Virus record (IMG/VR): IMGVR_UViG_3300028840_003497
Span: 112,268 to 176,267 of that record
Length of the DNA stretch: 64,000 bases
Strand: one strand, 5' to 3'
Source of the DNA: a virus
A model generated the notes under the pieces. That model did not search any database. It was not told the DNA's origin and saw nothing but the letters and a program-made list of their open reading frames with translations. The translations under genes were made by a program, and so were the position numbers. Shown here one piece after another: positions 19,937 through 29,696 of this stretch. Every line of letters begins with the position of its first letter. Position 1 is the stretch's first letter.

Positions 19937-20230
19937 TCAGACCGCTGTTTTTTTCGCTTTGATTTCTCTATCCGCCATAAAATTCTTCATATACCTCCTC
20001 GATGCTGCCTTGGCACCCATCGCTGTGGGAGATCTCACAAACAACCGAGCACTACTATCCGAATCGATAAACAACATACTAGAACGTTGAATATCCGGAT
20101 ATGGATCATCGTAGATCTCGCGCGGCAATTTTACCGTTCCATCCACAAGGTTACAAACGATACAGAACCAAGGGTCGAGCTTCTTGTTTTGCAGCTTCGA
20201 AAACGTGCCCATATCACACTCTGCCTCCAC
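19937..20230 (-). CDS. hypothetical protein
   Basis: 97-aa ORF. Confidence 0.5.
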   Translation of the reverse strand: MEAECDMGTFSKLQNKKLDPWFCIVCNLVDGTVKLPREIYDDPYPDIQRSSMLFIDSDSSARLFVRSPTAMGAKAASRRYMKNFMADREIKAKKTAV

Positions 20231-20780
20231 GTGACTTTTCCAACAAAAACTGCTGAATTGTCATTTCTAATTCCTGATTAGTATTAACCTTCCAGAGCCG
20301 TTGTTTCCCTTTCGCCGGAATCGGACTAGGGAATATTGACACGTCCGAAAGATGCCAGTGAGCCATGCCAGGAACTCCCCATCTGGGAAAATCGTCATGT
20401 TCCACTTTCTCTATTACAGCCGTTCCAACAATAGCCCCCTTCACCAGCCTTTTACATTGAGGCGACAATTCCCGATCATCATCCAGCAAGTACATCTCGC
20501 ACACACCGCCCAGAGAGTTGTTCGTCGGAATAAATGACATGTAGTCCATGTATTCACCGAACATCCATCCCCAGCCTTCACGAGACGCCATGTTGCCAAC
20601 GGACTTCAGCCCGGACCTCATCGCAGACATTCCTGGTCTACCCCCCACATGCGCGCCCGCATGTAACGCAATCCTCTCCCCAATAAAACCAGCAGGAGGA
20701 GTCCAGCTTCGATTCTCCACGGTCTTCCCCAAATACTGAATCGCCCATATCCACTCCGGCCAGATCGTAAGCGCTCTCAT
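20214..20780 (-). CDS. ASCH domain protein
   Basis: ALTI...W..AI...GKTVENRSW...IALHAG...GAIVG...PIPAKGKQRLW. Confidence 0.85.
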   Translation of the reverse strand: MRALTIWPEWIWAIQYLGKTVENRSWTPPAGFIGERIALHAGAHVGGRPGMSAMRSGLKSVGNMASREGWGWMFGEYMDYMSFIPTNNSLGGVCEMYLLDDDRELSPQCKRLVKGAIVGTAVIEKVEHDDFPRWGVPGMAHWHLSDVSIFPSPIPAKGKQRLWKVNTNQELEMTIQQFLLEKSRGGRV

Positions 20781-20838
20781 TCGGCACCTCTATCCACATG
20801 TTCTCCATCTTTCAAATTTTTCAGATTATTATCGTCCA

Positions 20839-21147
20839 TCAGTTTGCTCTCACTCTGAGCGCCTCATTGACGCAACTCCCCGCCATCTTTTTCCAGGCGT
20901 CACGGTCCCGTTCCGAGCAGTCGAGTGCGTGCTCGATCTCCGGGCACGTCCTCGACATCTGGCATGAGTGCAGGTCTGCCTGACACTTGTCGGACACATC
21001 TCCAGCGGCGTACTCATACACACGCGCAGCATCCAGCTGGTCCCTCAACTCGTCCCTCTGACGAACCGCGAAGAACGCGAGCACCGACTCCACACAGAGC
21101 ATTATCGAAACAACTAGCAACATCCACCACGGAACACATCTTTTCAT
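20839..21147 (-). CDS. membrane-anchored coiled-coil protein
   Basis: N-terminal TM helix, Cys-containing coiled coil. Confidence 0.55.
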   Translation of the reverse strand: MKRCVPWWMLLVVSIMLCVESVLAFFAVRQRDELRDQLDAARVYEYAAGDVSDKCQADLHSCQMSRTCPEIEHALDCSERDRDAWKKMAGSCVNEALRVRAN

Positions 21148-21151
21148 TCAT

Positions 21152-21700
21152 TCACTCCCAAGGGCAATCCACCTGTTTCACCCAGTCATTCCTCTGCAGA
21201 TCCCATTGCAAACTTGCCGTCCCGAGGAAAGTAGGACTCCCTCCCGGAGCAACAGATGCCGGGTCCATATCCATGAATTCTTTATACATGCCTTCGCATC
21301 GCTGTAGGTATGTTGCCATAAATTCCGAGCAAAACAACTCACCTTTTTTGTGTAGCGGATTCACAATCCTTCTTCCAAATACACGCCACATGTAAAGCTT
21401 AGCCAAGAACCCAGCAACGCCATCCCAATCGTACTTATCTCCAACGAGATACCTGACACGAGACATGCCACTGGCCAGGTCCAACTTGAAGAAATCGTAG
21501 CACTCCACGTAGCTGTACTCGACTCGCTCAGCCGGGATCTTTACGACACCGCGTTCGTCAACCTGGACCGCCCACCAACCACCCCATTCACCCGAGGTAT
21601 ACGCTAGGAACGCGTGGTTTACATTGCTGCGAGTAATCTTCCGGATCGCCTTTCCGTACCACTTGTCAGAAGCTGACAAACATACAAGAACTTTGCTCAT
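21152..21700 (-). CDS. permuted papain-like (NlpC/P60, YiiX-type) enzyme
   Basis: S.VNHA (His) precedes G.KYD and LFCSEF (Cys). Confidence 0.75.
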   Translation of the reverse strand: MSKVLVCLSASDKWYGKAIRKITRSNVNHAFLAYTSGEWGGWWAVQVDERGVVKIPAERVEYSYVECYDFFKLDLASGMSRVRYLVGDKYDWDGVAGFLAKLYMWRVFGRRIVNPLHKKGELFCSEFMATYLQRCEGMYKEFMDMDPASVAPGGSPTFLGTASLQWDLQRNDWVKQVDCPWE

Positions 21701-21701
21701 T

Positions 21702-21920
21702 CTATTCCTCCTGGTTGATCGCCTTCAGAAGAGCCTGATAAGCGATATTGAAGTTCTTGTGACGAGCTACTTGGCCTCCAATATAGTCGTCACAGATCTC
21801 CATTTTACCAGTTGGAATATGGGTAAGTCTAACGAAACAACTCTCGTCACAAAGATTACTCGAAGGGCGACACCATTCGATCTTCAGATCCTTATCTGGA
21901 ATACGCTCAGACGAGATCAT
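21702..21920 (-). CDS. peptide chain release factor-like mini-protein
   Basis: IPDKDLKIE..R.S ... VRLTHIPTG...C.D...HKN matches RF domain 3. Confidence 0.65.
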   Translation of the reverse strand: MISSERIPDKDLKIEWCRPSSNLCDESCFVRLTHIPTGKMEICDDYIGGQVARHKNFNIAYQALLKAINQEE

Positions 21921-21978
21921 TCTCCAACCTCCTCTGCAACTCCGGAACCTCGACCCACCCGTGACCGCGCATGAACTC

Positions 21979-22506
21979 TCATCTCTCATTCCATTTCCGC
22001 CAGCAGGCCACGCATAGATGATTCGTCTCGCCACTAACTATCTTATCTATCAGTTCTTTGAGAGCGTCAGGATTAGACTCAAACCTGAACATTATTCCGT
22101 GGCTGATATGGCGTGTCACATGATCCCCGCAGTCTGGACACTTCCATCCTATCGAATATCCACCATCCCCTGCGCGACCTGTCTCGATCTCATTCAGCTT
22201 CTCCTTCGGACCGGTCCACCCAAAAGGCCACTCGTCATGGATTATTTCCTCCTCACGACCGGCCCTATCGCGAACATGCCTCTTAAATCGCGCAAGCCCT
22301 TTCCGAGACACCCGATCCGCCATGTCAGCCATGCTGGTTGGCATCGCAGATCGGCCCAATTCGCGCCTGCGATCTTCCTCGGAACGAACCTTCCACTCGA
22401 TTTCCCGGATCCGGGCCATCGCACTTTTGCGCTCGTTCTCCGGAGTTTTAGGATGATCAGCGAGCGAACGAAGCGCCGACAATTTCTGACGTGTCGCTCG
22501 CCTCAA
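21979..22506 (-). CDS. hypothetical protein with DUF2786-like N-terminus and zinc finger
   Basis: KL.AL..LA.HP.T..NER..A; CPDC and CVAC. Confidence 0.6.
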   Translation of the reverse strand: MRRATRQKLSALRSLADHPKTPENERKSAMARIREIEWKVRSEEDRRRELGRSAMPTSMADMADRVSRKGLARFKRHVRDRAGREEEIIHDEWPFGWTGPKEKLNEIETGRAGDGGYSIGWKCPDCGDHVTRHISHGIMFRFESNPDALKELIDKIVSGETNHLCVACWRKWNER

Positions 22507-23069
22507 GGCTCCTCTTTCTCCAAATCAATACCGGCCACTTCAAGAACCGAATCAACAAAAATGCTCATCGCCGCATCAAATACATCTTCTGACAGTTTGT
22601 ATTCGCCACGGCCAAGCCAGTAGTCAGACCCACGCTGGTCGAGAAAATCCACCCGTCGATCGATCATTGTCCGATTCGTAAATTTAGGCCAATTTTGTTC
22701 CAACATGAGAACTGTCTCTATCATTTCATCATCTATCCGACGCACGGCCCCATTCTCACCCTTGGCATAGATCGGAAACGTAACCTCATGCTGCTCCTCC
22801 TTACCATCTACCCCGATTACCCGAACCATCACCGGATCAGGCTCCAGATTCAACTCCAGCGCCTCTAGTGTGCCAGCCAGTTCGCCCTGCAACCTCTTGG
22901 CCCGATCCAAACAGCCTCGCCGATCTTCAGGGCTTAGATTCGCACACACGGCCTCTCCCAGAGCACCCTTCGCCGCATCAAGAACCCGGCTCAAACGCTC
23001 CAGATCTATTGTTTTGTCCTGGGGCTCTTCTTCGGTACCAGGCATCGGAACCACTTTTTCATCAACCAT
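22503..23069 (-). CDS. hypothetical protein
   Basis: MVDEK start after AGGAG. Confidence 0.6.
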   Translation of the reverse strand: MVDEKVVPMPGTEEEPQDKTIDLERLSRVLDAAKGALGEAVCANLSPEDRRGCLDRAKRLQGELAGTLEALELNLEPDPVMVRVIGVDGKEEQHEVTFPIYAKGENGAVRRIDDEMIETVLMLEQNWPKFTNRTMIDRRVDFLDQRGSDYWLGRGEYKLSEDVFDAAMSIFVDSVLEVAGIDLEKEEP

Positions 23070-23070
23070 A

Positions 23071-23337
23071 TCAATCTCCTGTCTGCGATGAAGCGAGGAC
23101 GATTCCACTCTTCAGGCCGACCCATTTTACATCCACATCAACACCCGTGGAGATCGCCCTCGCAATACCCTCGGATTGAAAATGTGATATAGCCATATTC
23201 ATCTGAAAACGATCCAGATCAGACGCCTTCTCCGGACTCATCATTTTGACCTCTTCGTACAATTTAATCGCTCGCGCGGAAACATTCTCTAAGATCTCCA
23301 TGTAAGCCGCATCCGCATATTCGGTTTTGAATTTCAT
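23071..23337 (-). CDS. hypothetical protein
   Basis: 88-aa ORF in operon. Confidence 0.55.
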   Translation of the reverse strand: MKFKTEYADAAYMEILENVSARAIKLYEEVKMMSPEKASDLDRFQMNMAISHFQSEGIARAISTGVDVDVKWVGLKSGIVLASSQTGD

Positions 23338-23349
23338 ATTAATTCTTTT

Positions 23350-23673
23350 CTATTCCGTCCCTGGCTTGCAAACGCAGTCCATCGAGCCGTTGCCGACCAT
23401 CTTGTTAATGAGCTTCAAACTCTCAATTTCTCGATCCATCTTCTCGATCATCCGATGGTACCGAGTGTTATTTTCCCGATCACGCTCTTCCCGTAAATTG
23501 TTCCCCTTGATCAAAAACGCACTATAAGCCCCGATAATGATCACCGCCGAAAACCAAATAAAGAACCACTTGATCCACGGCCCGAAATCGATCGCCAACC
23601 AATCACCCCGGACCCACCGCCACCGATTACTATTGTCTTTGTTTTTCATCTTGCTCCTCCTCGACATCAACAT
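23350..23673 (-). CDS. membrane protein
   Basis: TM helix plus coiled coil. Confidence 0.55.
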   Translation of the reverse strand: MLMSRRSKMKNKDNSNRWRWVRGDWLAIDFGPWIKWFFIWFSAVIIIGAYSAFLIKGNNLREERDRENNTRYHRMIEKMDREIESLKLINKMVGNGSMDCVCKPGTE

Positions 23674-23710
23674 CGAGTATCATGCGAACATGCTACCGTT
23701 GTGCGCTGCG

Positions 23711-24016
23711 TTAGTCAACTTCATCTTCGTTCGGTCTAACCAAACGCAACCCCGGTCGCTCCTTCTCCTGCGAACTTGAGTTCGTGGCCAAGTCTGGAAC
23801 CCAGCATTTCTCAAAGATCCTCCCGGCAATATCCAGAGCATCCCGGGACACTAACCGCAGCCTGTGGGCCAACTGAAAAAGAGCCTCCTCCGCTGTGTCC
23901 GACGTACACACTATCCGAAACGAATCCGACCCAGCCAGATCGCGCATGGTCACGCGAGCGAAATGATGCCCGTCGCTCTCGCGATCGAACTCCTCCAACT
24001 GGATCTCATGCTTCAT
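23711..24016 (-). CDS. hypothetical protein
   Basis: 101-aa ORF. Confidence 0.55.
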   Translation of the reverse strand: MKHEIQLEEFDRESDGHHFARVTMRDLAGSDSFRIVCTSDTAEEALFQLAHRLRLVSRDALDIAGRIFEKCWVPDLATNSSSQEKERPGLRLVRPNEDEVD

Positions 24017-24205
24017 TTCACATCTTGCCTATCGCTCACATTCACACTGATCCTCACTTCTCTTTTCGCAGCAACATTTTCACAAAACGCACGCTCATGC
24101 TCAACAGAAAATAACAAAAGCATGCCTCCAACACCCCCAGATCAAAACGAATCATCTGGCCAGCAAATACCATTCCAACACAAAACCACAGCCACTCTTT
24201 TACGT

Positions 24206-24424
24206 TCATCGCGAACCTTCCAAAATCCTGCGTATTTCTTTATCGTACTCTCGTTTTTCTCTCTGGGATTTCTTATCAATACGCCTGTGATCCAACATAA
24301 TTGAAATCGGAAGCCATATTGCCGCGATGAGATACGCTGCCATAAAAGCCAAAGCGCAAAGTGTGTCGTCATTCATTTCGTCACATCTGCTTTCTCTCCA
24401 ACATGAACCTCCGTCAATCCCCAA
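24206..24424 (-). CDS. small membrane protein
   Basis: One TM helix; probable start at MNDD (24376). Confidence 0.45.
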   Translation of the reverse strand: MGIDGGSCWRESRCDEMNDDTLCALAFMAAYLIAAIWLPISIMLDHRRIDKKSQREKREYDKEIRRILEGSR

Positions 24425-24717
24425 CGCTCAACCCCTGCTCTTTCCGCCGAGTGATATTGGAACGCCCATTTGTCTCCGAAATGCTCAACCATCTTCTCTC
24501 TGGCACTTCTGTGTGTCCCATGAAACACCACATAGCATCTGTCCATCCTCCTGCCGTCGTGGATGTGATTGTAACCAAAAGTAAAAAACCAATCCCGCCC
24601 TGCATTCTCTTCGGTCTCTTCAACCTCTTTCAATATTTGGCAGTACCAGCAGTCATCCCCCGAACACCTGGACATGGTTCCGTTTCCCATATACTTCTCG
24701 CCCTTGAATTCTTCCAT
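24373..24717 (-). CDS. hypothetical phage protein
   Basis: WFFTFG..H...YV...GT...AR..M...FG.KWAFQY pattern. Confidence 0.65.
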   Translation of the reverse strand: MEEFKGEKYMGNGTMSRCSGDDCWYCQILKEVEETEENAGRDWFFTFGYNHIHDGRRMDRCYVVFHGTHRSAREKMVEHFGDKWAFQYHSAERAGVERWGLTEVHVGEKADVTK

Positions 24718-24900
24718 CGAATCTCCTACTGCTCGCCGAGGTCTTAATCTCGGACTCTTCAATAATGCAAACTTACCCAAAAGTTCCCCAAATGCAAAAC
24801 CCACCAATTTCCGTCATACCAAGTGTAGTAGCATCCAAACTGAGGTATTCTCTGAAGGCCACAACAAAGCTCTCCGAGACTCAGAATCGACCAAATGTGC

Positions 24901-25164
24901 TCAATCTTCTCCATCGCTCAAATCCGTCTTGCGAGCCCACATTTGTATATAATTGCCGATCTCGTCCCGACTGGACGAATAAAACTCCCAGCCACACCCC
25001 CTGAGCAATGATTCGGCAGATGTCTTAAAATGCACACCAAGATCTTCGATAACATGAGTCGTGCCGTCATAGTATTCTTCAACCAATGCAATCGCTACCT
25101 TTCTCGCATCTAGAACAGTAAGACCACTATTCACGACCTTTATTCGCTCACTTTTCTTCGCCAT
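24901..25164 (-). CDS. hypothetical protein
   Basis: 87-aa ORF with RBS. Confidence 0.55.
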   Translation of the reverse strand: MAKKSERIKVVNSGLTVLDARKVAIALVEEYYDGTTHVIEDLGVHFKTSAESLLRGCGWEFYSSSRDEIGNYIQMWARKTDLSDGED

Positions 25165-25386
25165 TTCATCTCCATTCTATTCTATCGGCTTAGAGCCTCA
25201 CAGTATTTACCCCACAACTCGTGGGACAATTCTTGTTCAGCCTCTGTCATCAGCAAGCTCGAATTCGAACCTTGAAAAATAGCCGCTTCATGGCCTTGAT
25301 CCTCGCAGAATTTCAAAAACGCTGCAGCTTCGTCAATGTCGCTATCGATTAGTAACGTCATTTCAATCTCCTATTTTGGTATCCAT

Positions 25387-25623
25387 CTAGTCGTTCTCCA
25401 GCCTGCTGACCTCCAGCCGAACGAGGAGTTGCCGCTTAGCTTCCGCCAGATCAGCCTCCAGGGCCGTGACCTCGCCGAGTGCCCTGACCAGCGCGCTACT
25501 CTTCTCGCGCCCGAGGGCACCGAGAGCCCCGCTTTCGAGAACGTCAACCAGATCAAAACTAACACTAACAAGGACTTCCCTGTCGCCTTCGTCTCGCCTG
25601 TCACAAACTTTAACCGTTGCCAT
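25387..25623 (-). CDS. hypothetical protein
   Basis: GGAGGAGG RBS; promoter at 25695-25700. Confidence 0.6.
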   Translation of the reverse strand: MATVKVCDRRDEGDREVLVSVSFDLVDVLESGALGALGREKSSALVRALGEVTALEADLAEAKRQLLVRLEVSRLEND

Positions 25624-25919
25624 CTTGAACCTCCTCCCGGCCATCGCAGCCGGTATCCTTGGGTTGTCAGTAACATAAACCAGCTTGCGGCGTTTGTCAA
25701 CCCTGTTACGGACTTAAATGGGTGTGTTGACCCATATAGTATTCCTCTCTGCTTCTTTCCTGAATTTTAAGCGGAGGCAATATATGGCGTGCCATCCCGG
25801 CTCAAGTCAAGTCATCATTTTCATATTCGACATTACCCCCTGATTACGCATAGTTAGTGGTTGGATGTAATCGCGAACTTGAGTTCGTTCAAGATGGTCC
25901 GAGATGTTATTCTCTCGAA

Positions 25920-26927
25920 TTAGCGGTTGATTCTCAGCTGCGTTGTCAGTTGCGACCACGCGTACAATTCGCGCATAGCAAATTTCTCCAGATCGGACCA
26001 TGGCGTCCCCCGGACCTCAGTCGCCTCGTATGCAGCCCGAGCCTCTTCCTTCAGTTGCTCGGCCCACTCCTCGATCTCGGCTGCCGAGTACTTGCCCTGC
26101 TTCACATCGAGAATCTCCTGCGCGTAGGTCAGCGGGAACTTCAACTCGCCAGTCTCCATCAGTTCCTTGCCGCTCATCAGGAGGTGGATCAGGTTCGACG
26201 CGAACTTCGTGTCGTAGCCAAACCGCGTAAAAAGGACCACCCGGCTCGTCGCATTGTCCAGCCGGTGCCGGATCATCTTCTTGGCCTTCTTTACGGACAC
26301 CCCGCGCTCAAAGGAGAGGTCGCCGCATCTGACGTGCTTGCCTTTGCCCTCCCAGGTAAACGGTGGATGCTTCCCCTCATTGGTGCCGATCTCGACAGGG
26401 TCGATCAGCATGACAATCTCGGCCATGACTCGATGTTCGTCCTCCTTGTCCAGGATCTCTAGCCCTCGCAGAAGGTCCTTATAGTTCGCGGGCTTGATCC
26501 GCATCTTGTGAAGCTGGGCATCAGCATAAGCAACGAATCGTCGGTACGCACCCTTGTGGACGATCTTGTCCTTCAGGGCCAGCATCCGGTCCGCAAACCC
26601 ATGCTCGTCCCGGAACAGGATGTTCTCCTCATTCACAAAGATCGTGTGGATAAAGTTCGGGTTATTCTCCATCACGGTCTTCACGAACTTTCGATAGTCG
26701 TGGATCTTATAGTCGATCGCATCCTTCGTGTTGCGCCCGGTGTCGTCCTTGTCCACCTTCCCCAGATCGACCTCATCGCACCGCTGAAACCCGAAGATCG
26801 TCTCGTCCGGCGGCATAAAAATCCCAAAATAATCCTCGTCGCTGTCGGGAGTGCTCGTGCCAAAAAGGTGAGATCCCACCCGTATTTTCAGAATCGCGTT
26901 GTCCTGTGCCCATTTGCTGAAGTCCAT
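25920..26927 (-). CDS. predicted nucleotidyltransferase (Pol-beta superfamily, YcgL/RlaP-like)
   Basis: GSHLFG.STPDSDED.GIF; NPN; YD.KFA....LL..G.EL..TG. Confidence 0.85.
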   Translation of the reverse strand: MDFSKWAQDNAILKIRVGSHLFGTSTPDSDEDYFGIFMPPDETIFGFQRCDEVDLGKVDKDDTGRNTKDAIDYKIHDYRKFVKTVMENNPNFIHTIFVNEENILFRDEHGFADRMLALKDKIVHKGAYRRFVAYADAQLHKMRIKPANYKDLLRGLEILDKEDEHRVMAEIVMLIDPVEIGTNEGKHPPFTWEGKGKHVRCGDLSFERGVSVKKAKKMIRHRLDNATSRVVLFTRFGYDTKFASNLIHLLMSGKELMETGELKFPLTYAQEILDVKQGKYSAAEIEEWAEQLKEEARAAYEATEVRGTPWSDLEKFAMRELYAWSQLTTQLRINR

Positions 26928-27000
26928 GTCTCCTCCTATCTATTACTGACAGTTTATTTTTAATCATTTACCAACACACCCATCCGCATCCAACCCGCCA

Positions 27001-27441
27001 TCATGATCCAGATATAATCTTGTCCCTGTGTACTGTATACTCCGGGTCATCATCGCCTGAAGCCAAGCCCAGATTGGCCTCGGCCCACTCCAGAGCTTTT
27101 TCCAGCCGCTTAATCCTAGTCTCCCTATTAGCCAACATGATCTTCATGCTGGCAATACGATGAATATCAGTCGGTAACAACAGACCATACTCACGCTTGG
27201 CTGCATCTGTAAGCCGAAGAAACCTCGATCGAACAACTGACTTGTCTGCAGGGATTACATACCCCTTCTTCTCAAAAGCCTTCACATAATCGTGTACCGC
27301 ATTTGTCGACGAGATACCCAGGGCCTTCCCCATCTCCCGCCACGTAGGAGGAACCTCATGCTTTTGCATAAAATAGACAATAAAATCCATCATCAACCTC
27401 TGCCTGTCAGTCAACTGGCCTAACGCCTTCGATCCATTCAT
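27001..27441 (-). CDS. LexA-like winged-helix repressor lacking the peptidase domain
   Basis: LTDRQ...PPT.RE....LGISSTNAV.DY...EKKGY; C-terminus is a short coiled coil with no Ser/Lys peptidase domain. Confidence 0.8.
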   Translation of the reverse strand: MNGSKALGQLTDRQRLMMDFIVYFMQKHEVPPTWREMGKALGISSTNAVHDYVKAFEKKGYVIPADKSVVRSRFLRLTDAAKREYGLLLPTDIHRIASMKIMLANRETRIKRLEKALEWAEANLGLASGDDDPEYTVHRDKIISGS

Positions 27442-27442
27442 T

Positions 27443-27688
27443 TTAGTCCTCCAAAATTCGCACACTTGCTATGGCATCATAGTTACTGTCTTCTTCTAGA
27501 GTATCCCAGTATTTCCAACTATCCTCTGGACCGCCGGGAATGAGTTCTACTATCTCACCCCAGCCATCATTGTTTTTATCAATCTCCAACGGCAAACTGG
27601 CAGGCTCATACACCTCTCGCGCCTGTTCTACTCCCCAGCATTGACCAGTCCACCACTGTCCATTCGTGTTTTCGATTGCTACTTTCAT
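27443..27688 (-). CDS. hypothetical protein
   Basis: 81-aa ORF with GAGG RBS. Confidence 0.55.
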   Translation of the reverse strand: MKVAIENTNGQWWTGQCWGVEQAREVYEPASLPLEIDKNNDGWGEIVELIPGGPEDSWKYWDTLEEDSNYDAIASVRILED

Positions 27689-27738
27689 TTTCTAACCTCT
27701 CTTCCGGCATCGCGCCGGACATCTTTAATTGCTGTCAG

Positions 27739-27822
27739 TATGTTAAGCTATCGCACAGGTTTGTCAACTTGTTTCCTCGATAAAAATAAAAGGTTGACTA
27801 ACGGGGCTGTAGGCTTTAACGT
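27739..27822. promoter_or_regulatory. divergent sigma70-like promoter pair
   Basis: Minus: TTGACA at 27762-27767; plus: TTGACT(27794)-17 nt-TAACGT(27817). Confidence 0.65.
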
Positions 27823-27869
27823 ACCCATCAGGCAAAACGATACTCGGGAAGATCCCGGGAGGAGATTTC

Positions 27870-29327
27870 ATGAAAAACACTGACGAACAACAGGCCATCA
27901 TCAACTCAACACCGTCCACTGGGGGATCGCTTCTAGTCACGGCCTTCGCCGGTACCGGGAAGACCTTCACCCTCCAGAAGTACGCGGAGGAGCGTCCTGC
28001 GGACAAGATTCTATACGCCGCGTTCAATAAAGCGATCCAACTGGAAGCCGAGCGGAAAATGCCGATGAACGTGACCAGCAGGACAACGCACTCACTGGCC
28101 TATCGCGCGTGCGCGCTACCCTATCAGAAGGCCGGGCTCCTGCGCGGATACATCCCGCTATGGGGAGTTGCCAAAATACTGGAGACCAACATCGTGATCG
28201 CAAACTTCGCGCTCTCCGTAGTCAATAACTTCATCGCATCGCCAGATCCGAAGATCACAAGCGCCCACATCGGGCAGGAGATCCACGATTACTACGAACA
28301 GGCTGATCACATGCCACCATTTGTAGAGATGGCGAGAATGATCTGGGACGACATGAAGAGCCTTGGCCAGCGAAGTCTCCCGATGACACACGACGGGTAC
28401 CTGAAACTCTTCCAGCTCTCCGGCCCCGATCTACGCTTCGACTACATCCTGCTCGACGAGGCCCAGGACACCACGCCATGCGTCTGGGATATTATGACCA
28501 ACCAGAGCTGCCGGAAAATAGTCGTGGGCGATGAACACCAAGCGATCTACTCCTGGCGAGGTGCCACTGATGCCTTGAAACTCGTCGAAGATGCCGAACA
28601 CCTTTATCTCACCCAGAGCTTTCGATTCGGACCCGAGATCGCAGCACTGGCCACCACCATGCTGCAGCGATTCAGAGGAGAGAAAAACAAACTCCTTGGA
28701 TTGGAGTCGATCCCTACAAAGATCCATACAGGAGGCCGCCCGGAGAAAAGAACCATGATCTGCCGGGGCAACATGCAAATATTCCGATCCTCCGCCACCG
28801 AGTGCCAATTTGGAGAGAAGAGTCTGGGTTTCGTAGGAGGAGACCACCGTAATTACCGCTTCCAGACCGTACTCGACGCTTACCACGTCTTCGATGATCA
28901 GCCCGAAATGGCCAAGGATGCACTCATCAAATCCTTCGAGACATTCGAAGATCTCCTGGAGTTTGCTGGCAAAACCAAGAACAATGAATTAGAAGGAGCC
29001 TGCCAACTGGTAGAAGAGTACGGTGCAAGGATCCCCATCATATTCCACGAAGTAAAGAATAGAGACGTTGGTGCTAAGTTTGGAGACCTAGCGTTTGCCA
29101 CCGGCCACAAGGCCAAGGGGATGGAATTCCCGGTCGTCGAAATTGGATCAGACTTCAGCGCCCGGATCGAGGCCCACCAGAAGAACCCGAAAGAGGGCAT
29201 CATGAATTCCCACGAGATGAACCTGCTATACGTAGCCATCACCAGGGCCACAGAGCACCTATACCTCTCACCCAGTATTGTGGACTTCATTCAGCACGGA
29301 ACCATCAAAAAGGAGGGACAGCTATGA
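27870..29327 (+). CDS. superfamily 1 (UvrD/Rep-like) DNA helicase
   Basis: AFAGTGKT, AFNK, LLDEAQD, VGD.HQ.IY.WRGA, LTQSFRFG, T.HKAKG.EF, LLYVAITRA. Confidence 0.95.
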   Translation: MKNTDEQQAIINSTPSTGGSLLVTAFAGTGKTFTLQKYAEERPADKILYAAFNKAIQLEAERKMPMNVTSRTTHSLAYRACALPYQKAGLLRGYIPLWGVAKILETNIVIANFALSVVNNFIASPDPKITSAHIGQEIHDYYEQADHMPPFVEMARMIWDDMKSLGQRSLPMTHDGYLKLFQLSGPDLRFDYILLDEAQDTTPCVWDIMTNQSCRKIVVGDEHQAIYSWRGATDALKLVEDAEHLYLTQSFRFGPEIAALATTMLQRFRGEKNKLLGLESIPTKIHTGGRPEKRTMICRGNMQIFRSSATECQFGEKSLGFVGGDHRNYRFQTVLDAYHVFDDQPEMAKDALIKSFETFEDLLEFAGKTKNNELEGACQLVEEYGARIPIIFHEVKNRDVGAKFGDLAFATGHKAKGMEFPVVEIGSDFSARIEAHQKNPKEGIMNSHEMNLLYVAITRATEHLYLSPSIVDFIQHGTIKKEGQL

Positions 29328-29617
29328 GTGCAGACAACTGGGCGCTTTGCCCACGGTGCAAAGAGAGGGACATCGAGAGACTCCGCACTGCGGTCGAGAT
29401 GGTCAAGAAATCGTACGGCAAAGTCCCCGAGGAAGAGTACATGCAGATGAAGGAGGATCTCGCCAAGGCAGATCCGGGAAACGCCACCGACCCCACACTG
29501 CGCGAGGACTACGAAATCGGAATCGGGAAGGACGGAATGTTCTCGATAACCTTCCGGGCAAGCTGCAAATGCGGCTTCAGGTTCACGTTCTCGTTCAAGG
29601 AGAAGGTGTTAACATGA
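29324..29617 (+). CDS. small zinc-binding protein
   Basis: MSADNWALCPRC ... TLREDYEIG ... CKC; ATGA overlap with helicase. Confidence 0.7.
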   Translation: MSADNWALCPRCKERDIERLRTAVEMVKKSYGKVPEEEYMQMKEDLAKADPGNATDPTLREDYEIGIGKDGMFSITFRASCKCGFRFTFSFKEKVLT

Positions 29618-29696
29618 AAACTTGATATGATTCGCCTTTAGAGCGATCATGTCTTTAGATGCGGCGCAAGATGCGTCACTGTTGAAAGGATGCAAG

